A stretch of DNA of 64,000 bases, from positions 256,001 through 320,000 of the forward strand of contig CAVVMW010000006.1 of the NCBI GenBank assembly GCA_963749495.1, read 5' to 3'. Below the pieces are notes generated by a model. It had not been told where the DNA came from. It saw only the letters and a list, made by a program, of their open reading frames with translations, and did not search any database. Numbering within the stretch: position 1 is the first letter of the stretch; every line of letters begins with the position of its first letter. This DNA comes from an uncultured bacterium. Its GTDB lineage: Bacteria > Verrucomicrobiota > Verrucomicrobiia > Limisphaerales > UBA8199. Positions 1 to 11,789 of the stretch are shown here, piece by piece. A program made the translations under genes and the position numbers.

Positions 1-771
1 CATCACGGCTCGTCGGTCGAGTTTGCCGAGTACCGCGAATACACACCCGGCGACCCGCCCAACCGGATGGACTGGGCCGTTTATGCCCGCACGGACCGCC
101 ACGTGGTCCGGCGTTACCAGGAGGAGACCAACCTGCGCGCTTACATCCTCCTGGACACCTCGGAGAGCATGGCCTTCGGCAACCTGGGCCTGCACACCAA
201 GATGGACTATGCCTGCTTCGTCGCTGCCGGCCTTATGTGCGTGCTGCTCGGCCAGTCGGACGCCGCCGGACTGACGCTCTTCGGCGAGACGGCGGGCAAA
301 TCGTTTGCCCCGACCGGCTCGCTCGAAGGGTTGCGCCCGATGCTCCTGGCCCTCGAAGAGGTCAAGCCGGCAGGCCGCACCCGCATCGACCGCGCCTTGC
401 ACCAACTGGCCGAGCAGATTCAGCGCCGCAGCCTCGTCGTCCTCATCTCCGACCTCCTCCAGGACCCGGCCCAAATCGCGCAAGGCCTCCAGCATCTCCA
501 CCACAATAAACACGAGGTGCTCGTGCTCCAACTGTTGGATGGCGCCGAGCTCAACCTCAGTTTCAGCGGCCTGGCTGAACTGCGGGATCTGGAAACTGGC
601 GCCCGGCTCCCCATCCAGGCCGACGAAGTCCGCCAGGCCTACGCCCTGGAGGTCCAGAAGTTCCTCGATGAAATCCGCCGCGCCTGCTCCAGTTGCCTGG
701 CCGCCTATCGCCTCCTCGACACCCGCGTCCCCGTTGAAGAGGCCCTCCGTGCCGCCTTCGGGAAGTTATGA
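1..771 (+). CDS. DUF58 family vWA-like protein (MoxR-associated), 5'-truncated by window edge
   Basis: Frame 1 is open from base 1: HHGSSVEFAEYREYTPGD...DWAVYARTDR...YQEETNL...LLDTSESM...ISDL, typical DUF58 motifs. Confidence 0.92.
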   Translation, partial: HHGSSVEFAEYREYTPGDPPNRMDWAVYARTDRHVVRRYQEETNLRAYILLDTSESMAFGNLGLHTKMDYACFVAAGLMCVLLGQSDAAGLTLFGETAGKSFAPTGSLEGLRPMLLALEEVKPAGRTRIDRALHQLAEQIQRRSLVVLISDLLQDPAQIAQGLQHLHHNKHEVLVLQLLDGAELNLSFSGLAELRDLETGARLPIQADEVRQAYALEVQKFLDEIRRACSSCLAAYRLLDTRVPVEEALRAAFGKL

Positions 772-835
772 ACCCTGCCCATGAGCCGGCGAATAGCCCG
801 CAGGGTTTTGGACTGCGCCAGTCCTCTGGCGCTTT
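768..835. repeat. Half copy of GGAC-type REP-like palindrome (family K)
   Basis: ttttggactgcgccagtcctctggcgcttt preceded by atgaacc; same motif at 13607, 35230, 37024, 46839, 55047, 63695. Confidence 0.75.
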
Positions 836-888
836 GGCCCGGAGTCAGACGGGTCCGAGGGCTGGCGCAGAGCGAACGCCTCGCCCTG

Positions 889-948
889 ATGTTCACGTTT
901 CACGTTTCACGTTTCACGTTTCACGTTTCACGTTTCACGTTTCACGTT
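889..948 (+). repeat. Heptamer tandem repeat (TTTCACG)n, ~8 units
   Basis: Direct reading; ends just before the ATG at 953. Confidence 0.95.
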
Positions 949-952
949 TGAC

Positions 953-3900
953 ATGGCCGGCCTAACCGCTCTCAACCCGTTCTTTCTGACGCTGCTGCCC
1001 CTGGCGGGGGTGCCGGTCATTTTTCACCTCTTCTTCCGGCTCAAGAAGCAGGCGCGGCCGTTTCCGACACTCATGTTCTTCGCGCGCCTGGACCCCAAGC
1101 TCAACGCGCGGCGCCGGCTGCGCCAGTGGTTGGTGCTGCTGCTGCGCACGCTCCTGATCGCGCTGGTGCTCCTGGTCTTGGCCCGCCCCGTCTGGTTTGG
1201 GGTCGGCCGGCAAGGCTCGGTCGCGCTGTGCCTGGTGCTCGACAACTCCGGGTCCATGAGCGGGGCGGGTGACGGCGGCCAGACCAAGCTCAAACACGCG
1301 CTCAACGCCGCGCGCAGCCTCATCCTGCAATTGCGCAGCCAGGACAGCGCAGGCCTGGTGCCGGTCGTGGACGACCCGGCGGCCCCGCTCCCGGCAGGGC
1401 TGACCCCGGACAAACCGGCGCTGCGAAACGCCCTCGATGGCCTCGTCGAGACCGAGGCCGGCGGCAGCGCCGCTCGCGCCATCGAGCGGGCAGTGGCGAT
1501 GCTCGAAGGCAGCGCGGCGTCGCATTTCGAGCTCCATGTCCTGACCGATTTGCAGGAGGAGAAGTGGGGCCAGACGCCGGTGGACCTCCGGGCGCCGCGC
1601 CGCGGCACCCGCATCGTCGTCCATCGCATCCCTTCGCCCCGCGCCAACCGGCCCAATGTCTCGCTGGCTGGTGTGCAAACGGCCGCCAGGACGATGCGTG
1701 CCGGGCGGCGCCTTCCGCTGGAAGCCCGGCTCATCAATCCCACCGGCGTCGAGGGCCGCATCCGCCTCAATTGGCAGGACGACGCCGGCCGGCACGGCAG
1801 CCAGGAGCTTGCCCTGCCTCCCCAGGCCGATCAGAGTGCCACCCTCGCGCTCCAGGCCCAGGACCCTGGCTTGCGCTGGGTCGATGTCTGGATCGAAGGC
1901 GACGAGTTCACCGCCGACAACCGCGCGCCGGTGGCCTTCTGGTGCCCGGAAAAGCGTCCGGTGTTGTTCGTCGGGACTCAGCCGGAATTCGGCCTGTTGC
2001 CGCTGGCGATGTCGCCCGTCGGCGAGGGCGCGCTCTCCGGGCTGATGCCCTCGTTCATCGAGGCCTCGGCCCTGGCTGGCAGCCTGCGCAGCGGGCCGCC
2101 GGGCTTCGCCGCGCTGACCTGGGAGACGATGTCCGGCGCCGGCGCGGGCTTGAGATGGGCCGCGCTCAGGCAATTCCTCGATGCGGGTGGCAGCGTCCTC
2201 CTGGTCCCGGCGAGCGCGTCAGCCAGCCTTGCAGGCCGCCCCGATTGGGTCGGCATTTCCGCCGAGCCGGCGCAAAACGCGCCTGGCGGTTGGGCCCTGG
2301 CCGTTCTGGCGAAGGCGCACCCGATGTTCAACGACTTGCGGGACGAAAAGGGCGAGGTCGCATTGCGGAATGTGAAGGTGTTCAAGTTCTGTCCGTTGCG
2401 CGGCGCAGCCACCAACACACCCGTGCTCGGCCTGGAAGACGGCCGGGCCGTGCTGGTCGAGCAGGCCCTGGGCCGCGGGCGCCTGCTGGTCTGCGGGCTG
2501 GCCTTCGACCCCGCCTGGAGCACGCTGCCGCTCAAGCCGGGCTTTGTGGCCCTGGCGCAGGGCATGGCCCTGGCCCAGAGCGCCTCAGCCACGAACGTCC
2601 TCTCGCTGGTGGCCGGCGAGCCGCTTCGCTCTCCCGGCTCCGCCTCCATCCGGGTGCAGTCGCTCGTCGGCAGCCCGTTCGATTGGAAGGGCGGGCCCGC
2701 CCAACTGACGACCCTGCCGCGCTCCGGAGTCTATGCCATCCACAACGGCAGCCAGACCACTTACGCCGCAGTCCGCGCCGCTGACAAAGAGGGCCGCCAG
2801 AAATTCCTGGCCGGCGAGCGCGTCCCCGCCCTCGGCAAGCTCCCCTATAGCGTCCGGGACTTCGCCGGCCCCGAATCGCTGGTCTCCGACTTCCGGAAAC
2901 TGGAACGATCGCTGGACCTGGGGCCGCTGCTGCTCGCGCTGGCGTTTTTTTGCCTGATCGCAGAAGGCATCCTCGCCAACCCGTTGCCGCTCCGCGCGCG
3001 CCGTGGTCCTCGCTTCGTCCCGGCGGCAAGCCGGGCGAGTCCCGCGAGTCCGACGGGTCAGACGAGTCCGACGGGTCGGACCAGTGTATTCGGTGGTTCG
3101 CTCCTGGCTTCGGTGGGCACGGTCCAGTGGCACCCCCGGCTGGGGGGCATCTGGTGCAGTCTGATCCTCATGGCGGCGGCGGCCTGGATCTGGGTGGTCT
3201 ATCGGCGGCTGGAGCAGCGGTTGGGGCCGCCCAAGGCCCGCTGGCTCATTGCCCCCAAGGCGGGCGCTTTGCTGTTGCTCTCGCTGGTGCTGTTGGACCC
3301 CGTCTCCGCCATCCACAAGCCACAGCCTGTCCGGGGCAAGCTCCTGGCCCTGGTGGACTGCTCCTCGTCCATGGACGTCGCCGACGATTACCACCAGCCG
3401 CGCAAGGCGCGCGCTCGCGCCATCATCGAGCAGTGGCAAAAGGCCCTGCCCGAGGGGGTCCAGCTCGATCGAGCTCGAGTTCGATACCTCGATTCACAAG
3501 CCGGGTGCCTCCCCGGGCGCCGCAGTGCGAGAGACCGACCTGGCCGGCTGCCTGCTCGGCCTGGCTGAGCGCGCGGACATTTCCTCGTATCTGGAGGCGG
3601 TGATGCTCACCGACGGCGGGGACGAGCCGATCGAGAGCGCCGCCCTGCCCAAGGTCCCGCTCTCGTTTGTGGGCATTGGGGCCGATCCCGCCAGTTGGAA
3701 CGACCTGGCCCTGAGCGACGTGCAGGCCCCTGCCATGGCGGAGAAGGACGTGGACTTCGAGGTCACCGCCGATCTTCAGGCCCGCGCCGGGCACGGCCAG
3801 GGCTTTGCCCAACGGGCGGCGCGCGTTCGGGTCACGCTCGAACATGCCACCTCCAGCAACACCTGGGAGCGGCTGGCCGAGCGGGCGGTGGATTTGTCGA

Positions 3901-5334
3901 ACCTGCGCGCGCGGGCACGGCTGCCGGCCCGGAGCAGCCAGACCGGCCTCCAGCGTTACCGCGTTTCGGTGGAATCCCTGGCCGGGGAACTCTCCCTGTT
4001 GAACAACTCGAGAACCGTCGCGGTGAATGTCCAGAAGAAGGCCCTGCACGTGCTCTATTTCGCCAGCGAACTGGGCCAGGAGTTCAAACTGCTGCGCAAC
4101 GAACTGGGCCGCGACCCGGGCCTGTCGTTCACGGCCCTGCTGCGCACCGCGCCCAACCGTTTCACGCTCCAGGGGGATCGCTGGGCCGGCGACGAAGCCC
4201 TTGGCGGCGGCTTTCCCTCGAACAAGAGGGGCCTCGAACCCTACGACGCCGTCATCATCGGCTCGTTCCCGGCCGAGGAATGCGCGCCCCAACAGGCGCA
4301 GGCACTGATGGATTTCGTCGAGGGGGGCGGCACGGCGATCTTTCTGGGCGGCGACAAATCGTTCGGGCGTGGGGGTTACGCCCGGACTTCGCTGGCCGCG
4401 CTCTTCCCGTGGCGGCTCTCGGAGCTCGAGCCCGAGCCGGAGCATGGCGCCTTCCCGGTTGGCGTGCCGCCCATGGGCCTGGGACATCCCATCCTCGCGA
4501 GCGTCCAGGAGGCCGTGGCCGCCGGCGGCGCCACGCTCGACAGCGTGAACCTGGTCCAGGAGCTCAAGCCGGGCGCCACCGCCTTGCTCGATGCCCAGGT
4601 CGGCGCCAGACGCCTGGCCGTCATCGCCCTGCAGCCGTTCGGCAAGGGCAAAGTCCTCGGCATCGCCAGCAACACGCTCTGGCGTTGGGCCACCCAGCCG
4701 GAACCGTTGCGCTCCGCCTACGGCCTGTTCTGGCGCCAGGCCATCCGCAACCTCGCCGGCCGGACCGAGGGCGGCCAGAACCTGGCGGTGCGGTGGGACA
4801 GGGACTTCTATCGCCCCGGCGAACAGGCGCTGGGAGAGGTCCGGGTCCTGGGCGCGGCTGCCGCCGGTGTGCCGCATTTCACAGCCACGCTGACGCCTGA
4901 ACGGCCCGGCGTGGCGGCGGGCGCGCCCGTTGCGCCGGTGAGCGTTGAGCCGTTGCCGGGCCAGGCGCAGGCCTTTCAGGTGAAATTGCGCTTCCGCGAG
5001 CGCGGCCAATACGCCTTCCGTCTTGTGGCCTCGCAGGCCGAGCGCGTGCTGGAGACCTACGAGAAGAGCTTCGCGATCGCGCCCCGCGCGGCCGAAAGGC
5101 TCGAGGCTCGAGTTGGACGAGACTTTTCTCAGGCAACTGGCTGCGCGCGCCGGCGGGGCCTACTACCGCGAGGCCGACTCGAGCCAATTCCTCGAACGCC
5201 TCAAAGGCAGGCAGTCCCGGCAGGCCGCCCTCCAGGAGTCTTCACTAGTCGAGGCCGGCCCATGGTTTGCCGGGCTGTTTCTGGGCGTCCTGGTCTGCGA
5301 ATGGATCCTCCGCCGCCGCCTGGGCCTGTTCTGA
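953..5334 (+). CDS. BatA/vWA domain protein read in frame into a vWA + class I glutamine-amidotransferase-like (DUF1355-like) membrane protein; frameshifts at ~3470 and ~5095
   Basis: N-terminal BatA motif LNPFFL..LAGVPVIFHL..FPTLMFF; MIDAS DNSGSM; second MIDAS DCSSSM, LTDGGD, VEGGGTAIFLGG, GKGKVL..SNTLWRW; C-terminal EWILRRRLGLF. Joined from ORFs 953-3568, 3249-5396 and 5023-5334. Confidence 0.8.
3035..3085. repeat. Nonamer repeat (GTCCGAC/GTCAGAC type) inside coding linker
   Basis: gagtccgacgggtcagacgagtccgacgggtcggacc; similar arrays at 9188-9235, 25714-25750, 62535-62585. Confidence 0.7.
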
Positions 5335-5460
5335 AGCGCGGCGTGTCCTGTCCTTCGGGTCCCTTTAGTCCCTTCAGGGCATGCTGTGTCCAATAACTAG
5401 ACACGCTCTTAAGACAGTTACCTGCACCCTGCGTGGCGAAGCCCCTGGAGTGCGGGGAGA

Positions 5461-5572
5461 TGGAGTGCGCCCGTCCTCGGGCGCAGGGACGTCCGCAGCC
5501 AGGGCAGCGGCCAAGGGCTCCGGCGCGCCTGCCCGCTCCGGTGCTGCTGCGCCCGGGGACGGGCGCACTCCA
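5461..5572. repeat. GGAG-tagged REP-like inverted doublet
   Basis: tggagtgcgcccgtcctcgggcgcag ... ctgcgcccggggacgggcgcactcca. Confidence 0.75.
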
Positions 5573-5780
5573 GACCCCCCGGCTGGGGACGGCACGGCCT
5601 ATGCTACCTTTTCAACCGGGAACACCGAAGCCACTTGCTCCGGTGTGCAAGCTCTGGATGCCGGGGTTGGTGTTCCCGGTGCAGTGCTAGTGACTGTTGG
5701 TTCTCATGGTTCCGGATCGGGCAGGCCTTCTCAGGCCGGCCCGTTCTGCTTGCCGGGGGCAGGGGGCCGCTGACAAAGTT

Positions 5781-5915
5781 GTAGCGCAGGTTTCCAAACC
5801 TGCTGTATCGCCGATTTCCAATCGGCAGGGCGTCGGCATGTCGACCGCAGCCGATTTGCGGACGGCCTGCGGGTTTGGAAACCCGCGATACGGCAGGTTT
5901 GGAAACCTGCGCTAC
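5781..5915. repeat. GTAG-tagged REP-like inverted doublet
   Basis: gtagcgcaggtttccaaacctgc ... gcaggtttggaaacctgcgctac with internal hairpins. Confidence 0.8.
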
Positions 5916-5979
5916 GCCGGGGCGCGCGCCTCTTATTGCTTGGACTTGGCTTGCAAACCGTGGTTACCCTGCAACGGGT

Positions 5980-7451
5980 ATGGACGAGAGCAATTCATTG
6001 ATCGAGCAGCGCAAGGCCAAGCTGACGGCGTTGCGAGCCCGAGGCATCGACCCGTTCAGGAACAAGTTCGCGCCCACGGAAAAATGTGCCGAGGCGCGGG
6101 CCAATTATGCCGAGGGCCGCGAGGTGGCCGTGGCGGGGCGCGTCACCGCCCACCGGGACATGGGCAAGAGCCTCTTCATCGATGTGCGCGATCAAAGTGG
6201 GCGGCTGCAGGTGTACGCCCAGAAGAACGTCTTGGGGGACGAGCAGTTCGACGTTTTCCGGCACCTGGACCTGGGGGACTTCATCGGGGCGCGCGGCACC
6301 CTCTTCACGACCCGGACGGGCGAGATCTCGGTCCGGCTCAGCTCGTTCGTCATCCTGGCCAAGGCGCTGCGGCCGCCGCCTGAAAAATGGCACGGCCTGG
6401 CCGACACCGAGATTCGCTACCGCCAGCGATACCTCGACTTGATGGCAAACCCCGAGGTCAGGGACCTCTTTCTCAAGCGCAGCGCCATCTTGCGCGAGAT
6501 CCGCAACTTCCTCAACGACCGCGGCTACGTCGAGGTCGAGACGCCGATGATGCAGGCCATCCCCGGCGGCGCGGCGGCCCAGCCTTTCGTCACCTATCAC
6601 AACGCCCTGGGTTGCAATTTCTACCTGCGCATCGCCCTGGAACTCTACCTCAAGCGCCTGCTGGTGGGCGGGCTGGACCGCGTGTATGAACTGGGCCGCA
6701 ATTTCCGCAACGAGGGCCTCTCCCGCAAGCACAACCCGGAGTTCACTATGCTGGAGGCCTACCAGGCCTACGGCGATTACCGCACCATGATGGAGTTGGT
6801 CGAGTCGATGATCGCCCACGTGGCGCAGAAGGTCCTGGGCACCCTGGTCATCGAGCACAAGGACGCCCAGGGCAAGGTCGTCCGCACTATCGACCTCAAG
6901 CCGCCCTGGCGCCAGGCACGGTACAAGGACCTCGTCCGGGAAAGGCCGGCCTCGACTGGTTCGAGGTCTGCCCTGCCGAGCGCCGGCGCCGCGCCGAGTT
7001 GCTCGGGGCTGAGATCGGCCCCGGCTACGAGGATTTCGAGGTCACCGGCGCGGTCTTCGAGAAGCTCATCGAGCCGACCCTCATCCAGCCTGCGTTCGTC
7101 ACGCACCTGCCCAAGGAGTTGGTGCCCCTGGCCAAGCTCTCCCCGGACGACCCATCCACGGTCGAGGTCTTCGAATGCTGCATCAACGGCCAGGAGATTG
7201 CCCCGGCCTACACCGAGCAAAACGACCCCCTGGAGCAGCGCGAACGCCTCGAACACCAGGCCGGCGGCGAACAGCAGAAACTGGACGAGGACTTCCTGGC
7301 CGCCCTGGAGCACGGCATGCCCCCCGCCGGCGGCATGGGCATGGGCATCGACCGCCTTTGCATGATGCTCCTGGGCCAGGAGAGCATACGCGACGTCATC
7401 CTCTTCCCGCAATTGAAGCCCGCCAAAGGAGGGCAAGGAGACCCTGCCTGA
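5980..7451 (+). CDS. lysS: Lysyl-tRNA synthetase class II (frameshift ~6945)
   Basis: PPEKWHGLADTEIRYRQRYLDL, EVETPMM, LRIALELYLKRL, FRNEG..HNPEFTMLE; C-terminal GMPPAGGMGMGIDRL..IRDVILFP in next frame. Confidence 0.97.
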
Positions 7452-7549
7452 TTAGCTATGAGACTCCGTGTCCCTGGCATCCCCGAAAGTCCGGGCCGGA
7501 GGCCCGGACAACCGGCAGACCGGAGGTCTGCCCCACATTGGACCCCGCT

Positions 7550-9186
7550 ATGAAAACTCCCCCCTGTTCGTTTCACGTGCTCCTGACTATTTGTGCTGTG
7601 GGTGCCATGGCCTTGTCCGCATTCTGCGGCGATTTCATGGAGGACCTGACCCGGCTCAGGGAGGGCCGCAGCCGCCGGGCCACGTCCACCTTCCGCGCCG
7701 GCCCCGATGGCAAGTACGACCCCAAGGCCGAGCCCAAAGGCGATTACGACGAGGCCAGCAACCGGGACAACCGCACGGTGGCGCCCGGCGCCACGACGGT
7801 GTTGCTGGATGAAAAGGGGCCCGGGGTGATCACGCACATCTGGCTGACGTTCCTGGGCCCGAGCCGCAGGATTGGGCCAAGAACGGCTCTGCCAATCACC
7901 AGGAGATGTTGCTGCGCATGTACTGGGACGGCAATCCGCGCCCCGCGGTCGAGGCGCCCGTGGGCGATTTCTTCGCCAATGCCTTCGGCAAGCGCAGCGA
8001 GGTCATCAGCCTGCCGGTCCTGGTCGAAGACGCCGATGCGTATAATTGCTATTGGCAGATGCCGTTTCGCAAGTCGGCGCGGATCGAGATCGTCAATGAA
8101 GGCGACAAGCCCCTGAGCCTGCTCTACTTCAATATCGATTGGCTCCAGAAAAGGAGCCTGCCGCGCGACACGCCCTATTTCCACGCGCAGTACCGGCAGG
8201 AATACCCGGCGCAAAAAGGCAAGGATTACCTGGTGCTCGAAACGCAGGGCCGGGGGCACTATGTCGGCACGGTCCTGAGCGTGCGCACGCGCAGCCCGGC
8301 CTGGTTCGGCGAGGGAGATGAAAAGGTCTATATCGATGGGGAGGCCAAGGCCTCGATCTGGGGCACCGGCACCGAGGACTATTTCCTGTGCGCCTGGGGT
8401 TTGAAGAAGTGCAGCACGCCCTATTTTGGCGTGCCGTATTTCGACCAGTGGGGCATTGTGGGCAGCCATACCAGCGCCTATCGCTGGCACATCCACGACC
8501 CCTTCGTCTTCCAGAAGGGCATCAAGGTCGCCTTCGAGCATTTCGGCTGGATAGCCCCCGATGAGAATCCCCAGCACCGGAGCACCAGTTGGAACGAGCG
8601 CGAGGATGATTACTCGAGCGTGGCCTTTTGGTACCAAACCGGCGCGCCCACCTTCAGCGCCCGCGCGCCCCATGCCCGCCAGCGCCGCCTGCCCAGCCTC
8701 GAGCGCGTCATTGCCTTTGCCCGCGATTTCGACAACACCCTCCACCACGGCCCCGGCAACGCTGTAAAGCAACAACTGGACCTCTACCCCGGCCCCCAAT
8801 TGCTCTACAAACCGGCCCAGACCCAAGGCGCCTGGCTCGAAATCCCCTTCGAGGTCAAACGCAAAGAGCCGCTTCGCCTGCTCCTGAACATGACCCGCTC
8901 TTATGACTTCGGCCAATACCAGGCCTTTCTCAACGGGGTCAAAGTCGGTCCGGTGCTGGACTGCTACAACGAGAGCATCATCAACGAGGAATTCCATCTC
9001 TTGGACTTCTGGCCCGACCCCGGCCCCTACACTTTGCGCCTGGAATGCGTGGGCAAGAACTATCGCTCTGCCGGCTTCTACCTGGGCCTGGAATCCGTGC
9101 GCCTGCGCGAGCGCCGTCCGCGCGTCGAGCAGTTCGGTTTCGACAAAGACAAGGATTGGCGGAAGGAACAAGTGCTCTACCAATGA
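7550..9186 (+). CDS. Secreted DUF2961 (GH172-like) glycoside hydrolase (frameshift ~7860)
   Basis: Signal-like N-terminus; GPGVITHIWLT, LRMYWDG..PAVEAPVGDFF, WFGEGDEKVYIDGE, GTGTEDYF, YRWHIHDP, YSSVAFWYQ. Confidence 0.88.
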
Positions 9187-11276
9187 GCCGGACCAGTCAG
9201 ACCAGTCCGACGAGTCCGACCGGTCGGACCGGCCAATCAGAAAGAGCCGGTATGTCGTGCGGTTATTGGCGGCTGTTGGTCATGGGGGCGTATATCGGGG
9301 CACTGCTGGATTGCGCGGCACAGGAAGGGCGCTCGGTCCGGCTGCGCATCGAGAAGGCCGGAGACAGCCCCTGGCCGGCGGCGGTTGGGGTAGTCCAGGT
9401 CTGGCCCACTGCCGGCGCCTCGGGCAGATTCAGTCTGTCGTCGACGGATGGACACCCCGTGCAGGCGCAGACGGTCTTGTCAGCCATTGGCGAACCGACG
9501 TTGATTCGGTTCAACACGGGGGGCGGGGCCAGCGCCTACTACGTGGACTTCAGCACCAATGCGGCAGCGGCGCCCGGCAGTTGGAATCCCGAGGCTGGGG
9601 TGCTGCTGGAGACGCGCGCCTGCGCCGAACAACCGCTCAACACGCTGGAGCAGGTCCGTCGAGCGGCCAACCAGGCCGGGCCCGCTTACGGACGGAGTTA
9701 CGTGCCCAACGTGTTCCTGGGCATGAACCCTCACGGCCCCAGCGGGCGGTATGTGGCGCTCTGGAGCGGCTGGTTCAACGCCCCCCGCGCCGGCGAGTAT
9801 AGCTTCGCCACCGCTTCGTCGGACGCCTCGTGCCTCGAGGTGGATGGACACCTGGTGGCAGACTGGCTGGGGCGTCACGGCCCGCACGGCGGCCTGCAGG
9901 GCCAGCACAGCGGCCGCATCCAGCTCAAGCCCGGCGTCCACCATCTTGACTACCTCCATGTGCAACTGGGCGGCGAGCCTGCCGCCGTGGCGGCTTGGAA
10001 ACCGCCCGGGGCAGACCGCTTCGAGGTCATCCCCGCCTCGGCCTTCCTGCCCGTTGCTCGTTTCCAGGTGAGCGGCGTTGAGCCTCCGCCCTCCGCCCCC
10101 AACCAGACCTACTTCGAATGGCAGACCCGCGACCACTTTGTCCTGGGCGACTCCCCGGTGGTCCGGGTGCGGTTCCGCGTCATCCAGCCGGCCCAGCGCC
10201 GCACCTACAAGTGGCAATTCGACGACGCCGACGAGGCGGACGGGGCCGTAGTCCAGCATTTCTTCCTTCAGGCCGGCACGCGCCAGGTCACTCTGGCCGC
10301 CTGGGACAAGGGGAGCTGCCTGGCCAGCAACAGCGTCCGCCTTCGCGTGCATCCAAATTGGCTCCAGCGCGAGGAGTGGCGGCCGGAGGTCTTCAATGAG
10401 GCCAAGAACGATCTACTGAAGCGGAACCTGGGGCGGGCGCCGGCGCGCGACCTGCTCGATGCCCTCGATTGGGCCGATCAACTGGAGGATTGGCAGCTCC
10501 TGGTTCCGGTGGCCGATGCGATTTTGAGGCGCGCCGAAGAATTCAGCGCCGCGGCCTACGGCGCGACGTTTTTCAAGCTGGGCCTGAGCCTCCAGCACCA
10601 GGGTGACCGCGGGGATGGCCTGGCCCAGGCCGCCCTGCGTCTGGCCCTGACCCCGCAACGGACCTCCTCGGCCATCAGCGAGCGGGCGCGGCTGCGATTG
10701 GCCGACCTGCTCATTCACGCGAGCGGGGCCTTGGACGAGGCGGGCCAGTTGCTCGAGGGCCTGTCCGGGGCAGGGCTCGCGGGTGAAGAACGCCGGCTGT
10801 GGAAGCTGCTGCAGGGCGACCTGCTGCTGGCCCGCAGGGATGTCCAGGGCGCTCGCAAGCTCTACGCCACCCTGGGGGATGCCACGCCAAAACCGGGGGT
10901 CCACACGGCCCTGGGCCGTGCCGCGCGGTTGGAGAGCGCGAGCATCTGGCTCCAATGCGGAGAATTCGATGCAGCCCAGCACGCGCTGGACTTGCTGGCC
11001 TTCGAGGCGCCCCTGGAGCGCTTGGCCCTGGACACCGCCCTGCTCCGCGTTCAGGTTAGCCTCAAACGCAAGGAGTTCCAGCGCGCCTTTGCCGCCAGCC
11101 AGGCCCTGGTGCCCGCCGCCGGCCATGACCCGGCCAAGGCGAACCTGCTCTGCTGCGTGGTGGAATCTGGCCTTGCGCTGGGCAAGAGCGAGCCCGCCCG
11201 GAGGGCCCTGCAGCAACTGCTCAAGGAATTCCCGTTCAGCGAAGCCGCGGCCATGGCCAAGAGCATGGCCAGGTAG
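9183..11276 (+). CDS. PA14 + PKD-like + TPR-like exported protein
   Basis: WSGWFNAPRAGEYSFATASSDASCLEVDG (PA14), YKWQFDD..VQHFF (PKD-like), helical C-terminus ending LLKEFPFSEAA; ATG overlaps upstream TGA (alternative start 9252). Confidence 0.7.
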   Translation: MSRTSQTSPTSPTGRTGQSERAGMSCGYWRLLVMGAYIGALLDCAAQEGRSVRLRIEKAGDSPWPAAVGVVQVWPTAGASGRFSLSSTDGHPVQAQTVLSAIGEPTLIRFNTGGGASAYYVDFSTNAAAAPGSWNPEAGVLLETRACAEQPLNTLEQVRRAANQAGPAYGRSYVPNVFLGMNPHGPSGRYVALWSGWFNAPRAGEYSFATASSDASCLEVDGHLVADWLGRHGPHGGLQGQHSGRIQLKPGVHHLDYLHVQLGGEPAAVAAWKPPGADRFEVIPASAFLPVARFQVSGVEPPPSAPNQTYFEWQTRDHFVLGDSPVVRVRFRVIQPAQRRTYKWQFDDADEADGAVVQHFFLQAGTRQVTLAAWDKGSCLASNSVRLRVHPNWLQREEWRPEVFNEAKNDLLKRNLGRAPARDLLDALDWADQLEDWQLLVPVADAILRRAEEFSAAAYGATFFKLGLSLQHQGDRGDGLAQAALRLALTPQRTSSAISERARLRLADLLIHASGALDEAGQLLEGLSGAGLAGEERRLWKLLQGDLLLARRDVQGARKLYATLGDATPKPGVHTALGRAARLESASIWLQCGEFDAAQHALDLLAFEAPLERLALDTALLRVQVSLKRKEFQRAFAASQALVPAAGHDPAKANLLCCVVESGLALGKSEPARRALQQLLKEFPFSEAAAMAKSMAR

Positions 11277-11277
11277 A

Positions 11278-11527
11278 TCAGCGGCGGTAGAAGCTGGAGC
11301 CGGATTTCCTGGCGGACGCGGTGCGCTTCTTGCCTTTCGGGGCCTTCTTGGCCCTTGGGGCCTTCTTTGCCTTTCGGGACTTCTTGACCTTCGCCTTCTT
11401 CTGCTTGGCCCCGGCGAGCGTCAAATGCTTGGCAGCCGGGCCGTGGTGAACCGTGGTCCCGAGGCCCTCAGCCAAGCCGGACAACGGGAGAGCTCGCCGC
11501 CAACAAAAGGGGAATAAAATAGCGCAT
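11278..11527 (-). CDS. Small Lys/Ala-rich basic protein, probably with signal peptide (frameshift ~11490)
   Basis: MRYFIPLLLAA joins LPLSGLAEG...KQKKAKVKKSRKAKKAPRAKKAPKGKKR after removing one base. Confidence 0.5.
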
Positions 11528-11620
11528 ACGATTTCGTTACCGGGCACAGTTATACGCGATTGCGACCCCAAGGCAAATCAAATCTGCGCCGCAAGGCCTC
11601 ACGGAGCGACACCGTGGGCA

Positions 11621-11770
11621 AACCCCTCACCCCGGCCCTCTCCCCATCGGATGGGGAGAGGGAGAATCATGCGTAGCGTCTTGAAGAAGCGGAGACTCCA
11701 GGACGTTCCAGAGATTGCCGACGCTTCTCCCTCTCCCCTTCTGAAGGGGAGAGGGCTGGGGTGAGGGGTT
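11621..11770. repeat. CCCCTCACCCCGGCCCTCTCCCC-type inverted doublet (family J, ~150 bp MITE/REPIN-like)
   Basis: Two inverted hairpin units; spacer similar to copies at 39461-39610 and 43348-43496. Confidence 0.85.
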
Positions 11771-11789
11771 GGCCGGTGACTCTGCGCGG

